Origin: Lama glama
Lineage: Eukaryota
DNA: 64,000 nt
NCBI GenBank assembly: GCA_028534125.1
Contig: CM052816.1
Coordinates: 10,852,001-10,916,000, forward strand
Direction: 5' to 3'
Shown in pieces: positions 1 through 11,620 of the stretch (the stretch's first letter is position 1; every line of letters starts with the position of its first letter). Made by a program: the position numbers and the translations under genes. The notes beneath the pieces were generated by a model, which was not told the origin of the DNA, searched no databases, and saw only the letters and a list, made by a program, of their open reading frames with translations.

Positions 1-196
1 CCACTAATCACCTTGTTTATTATTAAACAAGTTTGCTAAGCAACTTTCTTTCTTGGTGATGATCAAAGGTAAGCTTCAGCCTTGTCTGACTTACCATGGA
101 ATTCCAAAATAGTGGGTTTTAAATTACATTTCCTTCCTTTTTCTATTTTTTAAAAATTATGCCAGTATTACATTTACAAAGTCTTGTACAAAAAAA

Positions 197-216
197 ACAC
201 ACACACACACACACAC
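197..216. repeat. (AC)10 microsatellite
   Basis: Direct read. Confidence 0.95.
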
Positions 217-374
217 AGAAAACAGGTGAAGCTAGTTTCACCTCCCAACCCTACTCTTGAGCAGTAACCACTGTCGCTCTGGTGCATCTCCTTCCAGAGC
301 TTTCTCTACACATTTGTCTCTCTGCATATGTATTAAACTTTTAAAATTTATGTTTCTATAAATGGCATACTAGT

Positions 375-925
375 TATTGATTGCTCTCACAAAACTTGGT
401 GATTTGAAATAACCTACTTTTAGTATCTAAAACCTTTAATATTCCAAGAGGGAGGAATCCATGGATGACTATACTGGGGAGGTTGTGGCTCGTGGTCTCT
501 CAGGAAGTTATAGTTAGGATGTAAGCCAGGACTGGGGTCCTTTGAAGGCTGGACTGGAGCTGGAGGATCTGTTTCCCTGATGGCTCACTCATGGCTGTTG
601 ATTGGAAGACTCGGTCCCTTTGGTTGCTGGCCAAAGGCTGCCACTTGGACCATTCCACAGGGCTCCTTGAGTGTTCTGACAACATGGCAGCTGGCCTCCT
701 CTAGAGCACGTGATAAGAGAGTGAGAGGGCCCAAGAGACCAAGGAGGAAGCCACAATGCCTTTTTATGAGCTACTCATAGAAGTGACACATTGTCATTTA
801 TTCCATATTCTTTTCATTAGAAGTGAGCCACTCAGTCTGGCCCACATTTGAGGAGAGGCTAATTAAGCTCCACCTGCTAAAGGAGGAGAATCAAAGAATT
901 TCTGGACACATTTTAAAACCACCAC
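375..925 (-). mobile_element. MLT1 (MaLR) solo LTR, old subfamily
   Basis: Typical MLT1 blocks (ggctggactggagctggaggatct...gatggctcactca; agaagtgagccact...ggcccacat) ending ttttaaaaccaccaca. Appears to interrupt an old L1M fragment. Confidence 0.75.
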
Positions 926-929
926 ATAA

Positions 930-1290
930 GGCAAAGGCACACATGATTCTGTAATTTGCATTCATCATTCAGTCAGTCTTACGATGGACAAATTGTTATA
1001 TGTGCTATCTTAAGTGTACTGGCTTATTCTTTTAACTGCTGCATACTATTCCACCCTTTATTTATTAATCATTCTCCTCTTGCTAGATACACCTTGAGAT
1101 TGATTTCAGATTTTCACCCCTACAGATAACACAGCAACAGGGGTGCTTGCTTATACCTCTTTAGCACATGGACCAGAATTTTTCTAGTAAAGATGCATTG
1201 AGTGGAATTGCTGAGTTGAAGGATTTTATCATAACAGTTACTGTCAAATTGCTCTCAACAATGACTGTTCACATTTTCCACCATTCATTC
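930..1290 (-). mobile_element. Old L1M fragment
   Basis: ttttaactgctgcatactattcca...gagtggaattgctgagttgaagg...caaattgctctc resembles antisense L1 3' sequence. Confidence 0.6.
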
Positions 1291-3008
1291 ATCCCTCACC
1301 TGACACTTGGGGGAACTTCAGTAGGTAAAATACCTTAGTGGACTTGCAGATTATTTTGGCCCTTTTCAAGTCTAGGTTTGTGAGAAGTTTGAGAATTATC
1401 CCTTTTGACACCCACTCTGCTCATGATTGTGGTGTCTCTGCTTCAGCTCTGCTTGATTTAAGTAAAAATCCAGGAGCTCTTACCTCAGGAGACAGGGAGG
1501 CTTAACTGTTGTTTACAAAGTACTCAGAGGTTCTCAGGTACAAGGTGCCCCTGGAGAGCTGGGCTGGCTAGTGTTCATTCCTAACCACTTCCTGTATTCT
1601 GGTAGTAGCTGAGAAATCACATGTACCAATCCAGCTTGTGGATTTCGGTGCAAAGGAAATGTCATTTTAGTAGCAACTTTTCCTGGACTCTAGCTGTGCC
1701 TTCCTGTTGCAAATTATTGATGCATAAAATCACTGAATCCTCTGGGCCTCCCACCATATAATTTATCCTTCCTTCAAAACTGATCACCAGACTCACTTCC
1801 TTCCTTTCAAGCATCTCAGTGTCCTTGGCTGGCAAGAAGCATTAATAGTAGCTACCAACCCTGATCAATAATTAATAATATAAATAATTAACAGGAGTTA
1901 CCAACCGCCTGACACCTGAACCACACAAAAGGATTTGGCCTGCGTTATTTCTATTCATTTACTGTGCCCATCTCCCATGAGAATGGTTGGCCAGATCCAA
2001 AACAGTGTGTCATTGAAGTAACTGTAATTCATTCATTCCTCATAGATTTATTGAGCCCCTACTGTGTATAAGATACTGTGCTGTTTGGTGTGTTTGTGTG
2101 GAAAGAGTATTAACATGATTAATCCCCTCAAGAGTTTGAAATCGAATGATAATCATTACCAAGTGTTGATCATTTCTTGTGCACCAGGCACTGTGCTAAG
2201 CACTTTATAAACATCAGTACCTTTCATTCTCACAGCGGTCCTGTTTAAGTAGGTAGCATTACTATTTTGCAGGTGTGTCATGATATGGGCAGAACCCTGG
2301 TTTTGTTATGAACCAGCTGCTCATCCTCGTCCGAGTTCCTAACCCAGCTGAGCCCCAGTGCCTGAGAAGGCTGGACTTGCTCAGCTCTTGCCAAAAGGTG
2401 TTTCTTCTCACAAGAAGCTCTATGAAAACTGGGATCTCTAGTCACAGCATATGCCCTGCTCAGAGATCCCTGAGGACCGCAGTGATTTCTCTTGTGAATC
2501 TCAGCTCGGACCCACTTTCCTGTGCTTACCTGATGAGGATGGATCCCCACATTCTACCCTGTCATGCCTCCGGGCACCTTCCCTTCTGAATGCTTAGCAC
2601 AGTGAAAGTCCACGTTTGTGAGATTGTTTATTGCACCTCCACCAGGGTTCCGTAAGCTCCCTGGGGATGTGGACGGGCTTTTTGTGCTCACTTCTGTCTC
2701 CTCAGACCCTGGCACAGAGCTTGGACTAGATAATCGATATTCTTCAGTCCATTAACTAATTGCCTTATTAAAGGTTCTGAAAAGAAGCACACTAAGGAAT
2801 CTGGAGATTTGTTTAATTTGTCTCACACCATCCAAGTCTCATTCAACAAATATTTATGACCATGTCCTATGATCCAGGCACTGAATTAGGTACTGAGGAC
2901 GTAGCAATAAAGTAAATCAATATGGTCCTTATTCTCTTGGGGCTTGTGTTCCAGTGAGGGATCCAGATGATCAATTAGTCAAGTAAAAAGAATAAGATAA
3001 TTTCAGGG

Positions 3009-3098
3009 GGAGAAGGGAAACAGAATAGTGGTAGAGCACATGCTTAGCATGCACGAGGTCCTGGGTTCAATCCCCGGTACCTCCATTAAAAAAGAATA
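3009..3098 (+). mobile_element. tRNA-derived SINE (camelid Vic-1-like)
   Basis: Body agtggtagagcacatgcttagcatgcacgaggtcctgggttcaatccccggtacctcca with a B box and an A-rich tail. TSD ataatttcaggg at 2997-3008 and 3099-3110. Confidence 0.85.
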
Positions 3099-3279
3099 AT
3101 AATTTCAGGGATTTGTAAGTCCTGAGAAAAAATTAAACTGAGAGCCCCTAACACGGTGAGGGGTGGTCAGGGAAGACCCTCCAAAGAGGGGACATTGGCC
3201 TGCAGCAGAAATTGTGATGGGAGCCAGCCTTGTGAAGCTATAGGCACAGAATTTTATCGATGTCAGTAAATGAATCAGT

Positions 3280-4066
3280 TGCTCAGGGCAAAACCCTTAC
3301 ATCATCCTCAACTCCTTCCTCTCGTCCTACTGTCGCCTCTATTTTCAGAGTGTTGCAGATTGGTCAGTTTCTCTCTACCCTCATGGCTACTACACCAGTC
3401 CAAGCCCCTGCCATATGCCCACTGGACTGTTGTGATAACCTTCTACCGAGTTTCTTAGCCTCCACATCTCCGCCCACTGTCTGCTCTAAGTCAAACCCTG
3501 TCACCGCCCTGCTCAAATCCTTCAACTGCTGCCCCTTCTGTTGAGAGTCAAATCCCCAAGGGAACTGGGCCCACAGAGTCTCACATGGTCTGGCCTCCTC
3601 TCCAACCTCAGTTTCTGCCACTGCCCTTCTCCACACACGCTGCCCTCCATGCTGCTCCACGCACAGGCCAAGGGCGTTCCCACCTTGGGCTCTTGGTACT
3701 TGCGGTTGCCTCTTACTAGAAAGCTCTTTCCCCTATACTTCTGTTGTTTGCTCCATCACTTCATTTAAGTTCTATTCATATATTCACCAGAAGCCTCCCC
3801 TACCAGCTACTGAAAATGGCAGTCATTATTTTCTATACCTTAACCTCATCTAACTTTTCTTCTTAGAACTCCTCACTCCAACCATATGTGTTATATATAT
3901 TCTATGTGTCTGTCTCTTTTCTATTGGAATGTAAATCCCATAAGGCCAGGAACTGACTCAGCTTTACTCACTGTTGTATTACCAATACCCGGGAGAGTGG
4001 TCCTCAACCAACTAGATGGATGGATGGATGGATGGATGGACGGACGGACAGATGGATAGATGGATG
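3280..4066 (+). mobile_element. L2 3' fragment ending in a (GGAT)n tail
   Basis: cagttgctcagggcaaaaccctt...catcctcaactcctt; ctggactgttgtgataacct; gaatgtaaatcccataaggccaggaact; terminal tetranucleotide tail. Confidence 0.75.
4015..4066. repeat. (GGAT/GGAC)n tetranucleotide repeat
   Basis: Direct read; forms the tail of the L2 fragment. Confidence 0.9.
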
Positions 4067-4508
4067 ACAAAATGCAAAGAATTTGAGTCTTGATTTGTTG
4101 GAGAAATGTAAAGAAGGAAGGAACTGGGAAGACAGAAGAAGAGGCTGTAGAGGGAGGCTGGAGTCAGACTATCCAGGCCCTTAAGTGATTTTAAGAAGCT
4201 CAGAATTACTCTAAGAGGACGGAGAAGCGGTTGACCTCTGGAAAGCTTTTGCTTTGTAATTACTCCTAACAAGTGATATGGCATTTGGAGAAACATTGAA
4301 CTATAGGACTTCTTCTGTATTAGATTCTGTGATGCCCAGAAGTAGAGCTTTGCCTTGCTCTTTGATCCTATTGGAGTTTGCTTAACATGCCATGGATTAA
4401 ATAGCACATATTGAATTAGCTACTCTGAGTTACTATGTAAATTCGCTTTCCTGGGAAGCCATCCCTGACGTCTCACAGCAGAGGTCAGGGTCCTCCCACC
4501 TGCTGCTC

Positions 4509-4562
4509 CAGCTCCCACTGGCACTGCAGCTCCCACTGGCACTGCAGCTCCCACTGGCACTG
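4509..4562. repeat. 18-bp minisatellite, 3 perfect copies of CAGCTCCCACTGGCACTG
   Basis: Units at 4509-4526, 4527-4544 and 4545-4562. Confidence 0.95.
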
Positions 4563-4889
4563 TAGCATGCAGTCCTGCTTTGCGCTGTCTGTCTGTTACT
4601 TCTGCTGGAGTGTAAGCTCCTTGAGGCTTGGGGGCTTCTCTTGTTGCCTCCTCAAACCCAGAAACCACAGAGAGACTGCCAGTCATCTGGATCCAGCCCA
4701 CCAAGGTGTGTGTTTTACCTGTTTTATGTTAATTCAGAGGAAGTACCAACAGTTTAGATTTTTTTACTAATAGATTTCTGGCATCTTTGGAATTTTGTAA
4801 GGCAATAATGTGATGTCCGCGATCTCCACGACTAGAGAAACTGAGTAGCAGCTACCCTGCTCCTGAGGGGCGGGCTTTCTCCAGCAAGC

Positions 4890-5050
4890 CCTGGTGACAG
4901 CACCAAATGCTGACAAGCATGCAGAGAAACTTGATCTCTCACATATTAGCGATGGGGATGTGAAATGGCACACCCACTGTGCTAAACAGTTTGGTAATTT
5001 TTTAAAAAGTAAATGTGCAACCACCATGTGCCCCAGGAACTGAACTCCTG
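4890..5050 (+). mobile_element. L1M fragment (end of ORF2)
   Basis: acagcaccaaatgctgacaagcatgcagagaaact...gatgtgaaatggcacacccactgtg...aacagtttgg. Confidence 0.7.
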
Positions 5051-7267
5051 TTGGACTCCCCACAGCTTCTCAAACCTTGGAATCAGATTGGCCACCACCA
5101 CCCTTACTGTCATTTTACCTTGATTTTAATGCAGTGCTTGTTTTTTTGTTTTTCTTTAACAAATTATCAAAAATGTTTTTATTGTGTGTTGGTATAAAGG
5201 ACCAGAGTTATGGCAACAGTTCTCTCAGACTGCTGTTTTGCTGTTTTTTCCTCAAAACTTGAAACACCCTGCAGCATACCTGTGAGGTTGCTGAAATACC
5301 AGGGGGCACTTTGATGCAGGTTGGTTGCTGCCGGTCTAATGGTTCACTTCAGCCTTTTCTAAAGCAGAGCAGAGTAGACCCAAGCCAATTGCTTTCCTCC
5401 TGGGACCTTCCATTTGGAGTAATCAACCTGCTCCTGGACATACCCATGTCCCCAGCATGGTCTCACGGCTAAACTACCCATCTCGAGGGGACGAGCGTCA
5501 CCCCACCCCACCCCGACTCAGCCAAGGCAGAGGAGATGATGGAGACGGATGCTGTGGCTTTCAGATACTCTTTTGGAAGCAAGGCTTGTTCCAGAGATAG
5601 TAAGCAATTCAGGAAGCTCCTATTCTCTCAAAATTAAATCCCACAGTAAGCACCTAGAAGGTGACAAGCATAGTGCTAGGCAGTGGGGTCCCAGAAATAA
5701 GTTGGGCCTTGTCCCCAGCCCTTGAAAAGTTGGTTCTTCCACAGATGACAGACAGTGTGATGTTATGGAAGAGCCTCGAAGTCAAGAGACCTGGGTCTGA
5801 GTCCAGACCCTAATGCGCAGACTTGCTGGGTTGGCCTTCCTGAACCTCAGTCTCCCTGCCTGCAGACTGGGAGTCAGAATGTCTGCACAGCCGCTGTGCC
5901 TCACAGGATGGAGTGAGATGAATGCATGAAAGCTCTGAACGGCCAGCACACAGCAGACATTTATATTTGCCACCTTTTTAATCACTGGTTATCAGCCCAG
6001 GCTGTTTTATCCAAGGGTGGAAAAGAAATCCAAACAACGCAGTGTGTTTCTTCTGCTTCTCAGAAGAGACGGACATGTCAGGAGGTAGAGGGAAGGAAGA
6101 AAATTCCAAAAGGTCATTCAATGTCAGTGAGAAACTTAGGAGCAGCGTTGGAAGCACACATCCTTTCCCTTTCACAGATGAGAAAATGAATGCTCGGGTG
6201 TTAAACTGATCTGCTCATCCCTCTGTTTTTGTTTTTGTTTTGTTTTGTTTTGTTTTTCTCTCTCAAATACATCTCTTAAAAGAAATCAACTTTCTTCCCC
6301 CCAAATTCTGGCTGTCACCCAGGGGCTGTTTTATCCGAGTGCCACATGTGACTTTTTTTTTTTTTTTACTCCCAGCCCAAAAGCCTTTTCAAAGTCAAAG
6401 TTAATATTTCTACACAGATGTCGTGTCATTCTCGGCACCAGTGATAGATGTTGCTTCGTCGGGGTGAATCTGATTGGGGATCTCTCTGCAAGAGAGTGAG
6501 GTAATGTGAGAGACCATAAAGCAGCTGTTAATTTCCCTCTCCAAGTGAGGAGGATTATGCGCAGTGGTGGAAAGCCGTTCTCCGGGTCCCCAGCCTAATC
6601 GCCTTGATTAACACGCGGCATGGCCATCACAGGTGTAGCACATAATAGCTCTATAAGGTTTTCATCGCCAGGCCAATTAAAATCTGTCATGGAGCCAAGA
6701 ACTAACAGTGTGTACATCGTACTGCCAAAAGTCAAAATGAGTTCTCTAAAATAAGAACTGCTTACATTTCAGGGACGATTTATGGTTTTCAGCCCATTTA
6801 CACTTCCTTGATCTCATTTTCTCCTCGTGCGGAAGGCAAGCAGTTTAGGTGGGGAAACCAAAGCTGAGAGGTATCTAGTGATTTACCAAATTACAGGACC
6901 TCAGGAATTAGGCCAAGTTGCTCTTGATAGAAAGTCCTTAAAGGATTTCCTGTCCATATGGCAGGAACTAACATTTATAGATCGCTCAACAGTTTACAAA
7001 ATGCTATTATATTTATTTTTTATTAGGGCTGCCATAATAACTCTGTGAATCAGGACTTCATTAGCCCATTTTTATGCGCAAAAAAACCCCTCAAAACCTT
7101 GGAATATTCATTGAAATCCTGCATCTCTTTCTAGAGTTGAGGAAGCGGTGGGTTTGGTGAGGTTATCTCACTTGTTCAAAGGCAGACGGTCACCAAGTGG
7201 TAGGATTGGAATTAGAACCCTGACCTGCTGACTCTTATCCAGTGTTCTCTGCTGTCATTCCCTGCGT

Positions 7268-7269
<2 letters not shown>

Positions 7270-7316
<47 letters not shown>

Positions 7317-7325
7317 GTCTCTCTC
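7270..7325. repeat. (CT)n microsatellite, interrupted
   Basis: Direct read. Confidence 0.95.
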
Positions 7326-7525
7326 AGATGCATTTTAGAGTTATGGGCAAACAAGGAAGTACCAGCAGTGCTGCTGAAAAGACACAGATGTGCCCCCTTG
7401 CCACAGCGCCCAGATTTTTTAACAACTGAAGGGTTTGGGGGCAGTGATTTCTTTTCCTACTGCATTGGGAATGGACAGTTTATACTGCAAACTGAAGATA
7501 AACTTGACTCCTGGTCTCTTAACTG

Positions 7526-7546
7526 CCTGATCTCCGTGGTGCTGAC
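7526..7546 (-). promoter_or_regulatory. Candidate REST/NRSF RE1 element
   Basis: Reverse complement GTCAGCACCACGGAGATCAGG versus consensus TTCAGCACCACGGACAGCGCC: 13 contiguous matches. Confidence 0.45.
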
Positions 7547-9377
7547 CATGTGTGTTTGATGAAGGTACTTCTGTTGGTTTGCTGGCCATCCACCAGAGGC
7601 CCAGTGATGCATTTACAGGGTCTGAGTGGCTGTGAGTGGCCACGAAGGCTGAGGATAAATGTCTTCGCAGGCAAGGCAGGCTCAGAAGTCGGTAGGCAGC
7701 CTGCTTAAGGGGAAAACGAGCTCTAAACTGTTCTCAGTCAGAACCCCAAGCACTCTCCCGCAGTAAAATGTGTTATTCTTTGTTTCTGAGAGATGGGGAG
7801 TGAGGAGGAAGCCCTCTCTGGCCCTCCTGATGATTTCTTAGGTTAGGCTCAGCCCCTGAGTACAAATGATTGCCTGGCTAGTGTCCCAGGACTGATGGAG
7901 CACACAGGACGGTTCCCTGGTGACACGTGTGAGGGTAAGAGTGGAATTTCACATTTCTCACTGCTGGGCAAGGGCAGTATTTTCCACCCATTGTTCATTC
8001 TGAAAGCTCTCTCCAGTCCCAACCTGTGCGTTCTCACTGGAGGAGGGAGGAGAATGAATTCGGTGTTCCCTGTGCTGCATTGAAGCCTAGAGGCCAGATT
8101 CCTTTCATCTGCAGAGCCAAAAATGATGATTTCCTCAAGAGCAAATGGTTTCCATTGCCTCTTTGGCTGCAATATAGCTGCGTCTGCTCTGCCATTCCAT
8201 CCTGAAATCTGGGGTGCGGCTCCAGTAGCCAAGTTAACGACATCTCAACACAAATAACTCCTTTGATTTAAAAGAATCTAAGTTGGAGGTGGGATAAAAT
8301 GTCGGGAAAGCCTTATGTTCTGTACTATTTTGTCTCATATTTTAACATATTATAAAAAGGAGCAGGTATCTATTTATGTAAATATGTATTTATTTATAAA
8401 TGAGTATGTATAACTGTATATAGATAAAACAGAATTTTTTTTGCCATTTTTACAAAGGCATTTCCAAGCATGGTATGAATAAATCTACACTTGGCTTAGC
8501 TTAATGCAGTTGAATTGATTTCTGCCTGCTAACCTGTGATTCCCTCTCAATGGAGAAGAATCAATAAGATCAGTTGAGCCCACTTTGGCACATCATCGGT
8601 CCTGGTTTTAATCTTGGTAATCTTGGCTACAGACTGTTAAATGCGAAGGCAGATTGACTGGTAGCGATATTTGCTCGATGGTTTTGTGACCATATTTGGG
8701 GTGCGTTTTAGTTCATGATTCAGGTTATAGTTCCCTCTCCTTTGGGCTTTGTAGTTTGGTGCCTGTTTTCCCCCTTGTACTACAAAGAGCCTATTGGAAG
8801 GATGCTTGGGAAAAATCAGTTTGACAGGGAGGAGAATTGAAATAAAATTTAAACAGAATCAGAAAAGCGAAATTTTAAAAAGCACTATAGAGCCTTAATG
8901 CCTGAGAGATTTGAATTGGATTGGACTTGGGAAGGGAAGCCAGAAGTGAAAATGCTGTCAGGGTCACTGAGCTAAAATTAACCCCAGGTCCCTCTCATTA
9001 GGCATAGAGGAGCTAGCTCACATTTTGACAAGGGTATCTCACGCGTATCACAATTGGAGTGCATCCTAAATGTGATGCCTTCTAGTAGCAGTAGCCTCAT
9101 ACGACGGTTTATAAATTTTCAGCAAAGTCACATATGTACAGTGTGTAAATCCTACATCATTTCCTAAGTCCTTTCAGTCCAGCAGACACTGAAAACCCTA
9201 TCAGAGTGGACTGTTGGTGGTTAAAAAAAGAAAAATGATTCTTCCCCCACCCACCCAGCCATTTATTTCCTACCAATTAATAATTCACACCATCTTCAGA
9301 TCATAAGACTGTTGTTAAAGAGGATTAAAAGATAATATAAACAAAATGCTGAGCATAGAACCTGGTTTGTGTATGAC

Positions 9378-9837
9378 TGTACTAGGTTCCTAGGACTGCT
9401 TGAACAGTGTACCTTGAATTGAGTGGCTTAAACAACAGAAAGGCATTGTCTCCCAGTCTGGAGGCTAGAAGTCTGAGATGAGGGTGTCGGCAGGGATGGT
9501 TCCCTCTGAGGGCTGTGGCAGAGAAACTGTTCCATGCCTCCTTGTACATTCTGGTGGTTCGCTGGCAATCTTTGCTGTTCTTTGACTTGTAGATGCGTCA
9601 CCCTGATCTCTGCCATCGCGTTCACATGATGTTCTCCCTGTGGGTGTGTCTCTGTGTCCCAGTCTCTCCTTTTTTTATCAGGACACCAGTCATATTGGAT
9701 TAGGGCCCACCCTGTGACCTCATCTTAGCCAATTACCTCAGTGATGACCGTATTTCCAAATGAAGTCACATTCTTGGGTACTGCAGGTCAGGACTTCAGC
9801 ATATGAATTTCAGGGGGACACAATTCAACTCATAACA
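9378..9837 (-). mobile_element. MLT1C-like MaLR solo LTR
   Basis: TG...CA ends. Blocks gtggcttaaacaacagaaa, ctggaggctagaagtctgagat, ggacaccagtcatattggattagggcccaccct and gggggacacaattcaactcataaca. Near-perfect 5-bp TSD atgac/attac. Confidence 0.88.
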
Positions 9838-11424
9838 ATTACCATTATTTATTACTGTGTTTTGATCATGGTTTCTTAGCTTTGCATGATTTCCTCTTCA
9901 TTATGATCTACCCTCTCTATACTGCACATTAAAATTGGCACACACACACAAAAAGGGAATGAAGACGTTAGAATATTGTCGCATTGTGTGAGTATCTTCA
10001 AGTAGCACTGGCTAAAAAACTAAGATATCTCCACAACGTCAGGGCATTCTTGGTCCTGGTAGAGGGATCCAGGACAATTGGCCACCCCAATCCAGCAAGG
10101 CAGCGGAGCTAGCCATTAGTTACACCCAAAGCCATCCAGAGTTTTGACAATCTCTCCAACGTTGAGGCTCTGGGATCCTTCCACAGCAGGCAGGCAGGCA
10201 GCAGCCTGCCCATCTTCCCCAGATGGTGTGGAGTCCCTTGTGCTACTGGCATCATGCGTATTTGAGATTTATTAAAACGCCCATGAAAAAAGAAATACCC
10301 TTTGGAGCAATAAAGTCCCAAATCTAGCAATTTCCTGCTGTATCACAGCAAAGTTGCCTCCACCCCCCCGGCTGTTGTTGAGATGGGTGACAGTAACTCT
10401 TCAGAACGTTTTTCTTCTGACACATGCACAACATTTTCCTTTGTAAGAACGTGAAGGTTTGGTTCCTTTAGAGCCCATTACATAGACAGATTGGCCACTG
10501 AGATCATTACAAGAAGATAGTCTAATGGGCTCGATTAAGGAAATCCCATTACCTCCATGAAGAATCACCAGTCAGGTGTGACCCCAGACCAAGTAAAAGA
10601 AAAGTTTTTTTTTCCTCTTCGCCGCAAAAAGAGAAAGAAAGAAATTTCTTACCAAGAAGCATAGAAACAGCATTTGGTCCACATGTTTATATTTGGAAAC
10701 TAGGCTGATATCAATTTGTCAAAACAGGATTGTTAAACAAGAATATTTTTTACTCCACTGTGTTTCGAAAGAATTTAGGATGACATACAAGGGTGGATCA
10801 GATATGACATGATAGAATAAATTTAAAATTTGGTGGCCTAAAATCGTGGTCTCTCAGTGTTGGAAGCTAACTTTCCAGCACAGGCAGTACTGCCAGCTCT
10901 AGAAAACCAGACAGGTGGCCACCCAGCCCTTCCTGATCTCACGTGATCCTCAGCGCCCTGAGGATAGCTCACTGCCTCCTAAGAGAGGCAGTCCCTGGCG
11001 TTTTGCTATCAATCAACTCCAAACTGGCCTTGAGACAGGCAATACAGTGGAAAACACATGGGCGTCTAAAAGGGAGCATGCTGTCCTCCGGGATGTCACG
11101 TGTGGTTCCGCCCTCCACTCCCCAGATGCTGGGATTTGTGTGGATATAGTACAAGACTGTCAGCTCGCAATTTACACGGGCTCCCTTCCCCTGCCGCCAC
11201 CACCTCCAACTTCAAATTGTAAGTTCATTTTTAAAACATATATGATCATGTTTTGGAAGGGGAAGCACTCACTCCCACTAAATCACTCAACGAGAGTTAA
11301 GAGGATATATTACGCTCCTCCATATCCCAAGCCCTGAGTGTCTGGGGTACATATGTGTATGGAGAAGAAAGGTCACCTGCTGGTTGTGAACTTTCTTTAC
11401 TGAGTGTGCCTCATCCTTATCAAC

Positions 11425-11620
11425 CAGCTGTTTCCAAAAGCCCTGTGGTGAACATAGGAGTTACCTGAGGAGTTTGTTAAGTTGCAGATTCCCTGGTCCC
11501 ACCCCTGCAGAGTCTGATTCAGCACAGCCTAGGGCCAGGCCCAGGAATCTACATTTTGTAATGTATTCTTTTGGGGATTGTGAGCTCTGTGGCCAGTGAA
11601 ATGTCATTTGAAAAGTGCTG
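11425..11620. mobile_element. MER5-like hAT-Charlie MITE
   Basis: tgcagattccctggtcccacccctgcagagtctgattcag...ggcccaggaatctacatttt, with degenerate terminal inverted repeats. Confidence 0.75.

Noticed and set aside
3009..3086. tRNA-Ala gene (also at 20300-20373 and 24753-24830)
   Set aside because: A-rich tails, TSDs and diverged stems indicate tRNA-derived SINEs, not tRNA genes.
4509..4562. CRISPR-like array
   Set aside because: Head-to-tail tandem units without spacers, in a mammalian genome.
7328..7564. Cryptic exon behind the (CT)n tract (ctcag|ATG...GAAG|gtactt)
   Set aside because: The polypyrimidine tract is a microsatellite, the donor is weak and there is no coding resemblance.
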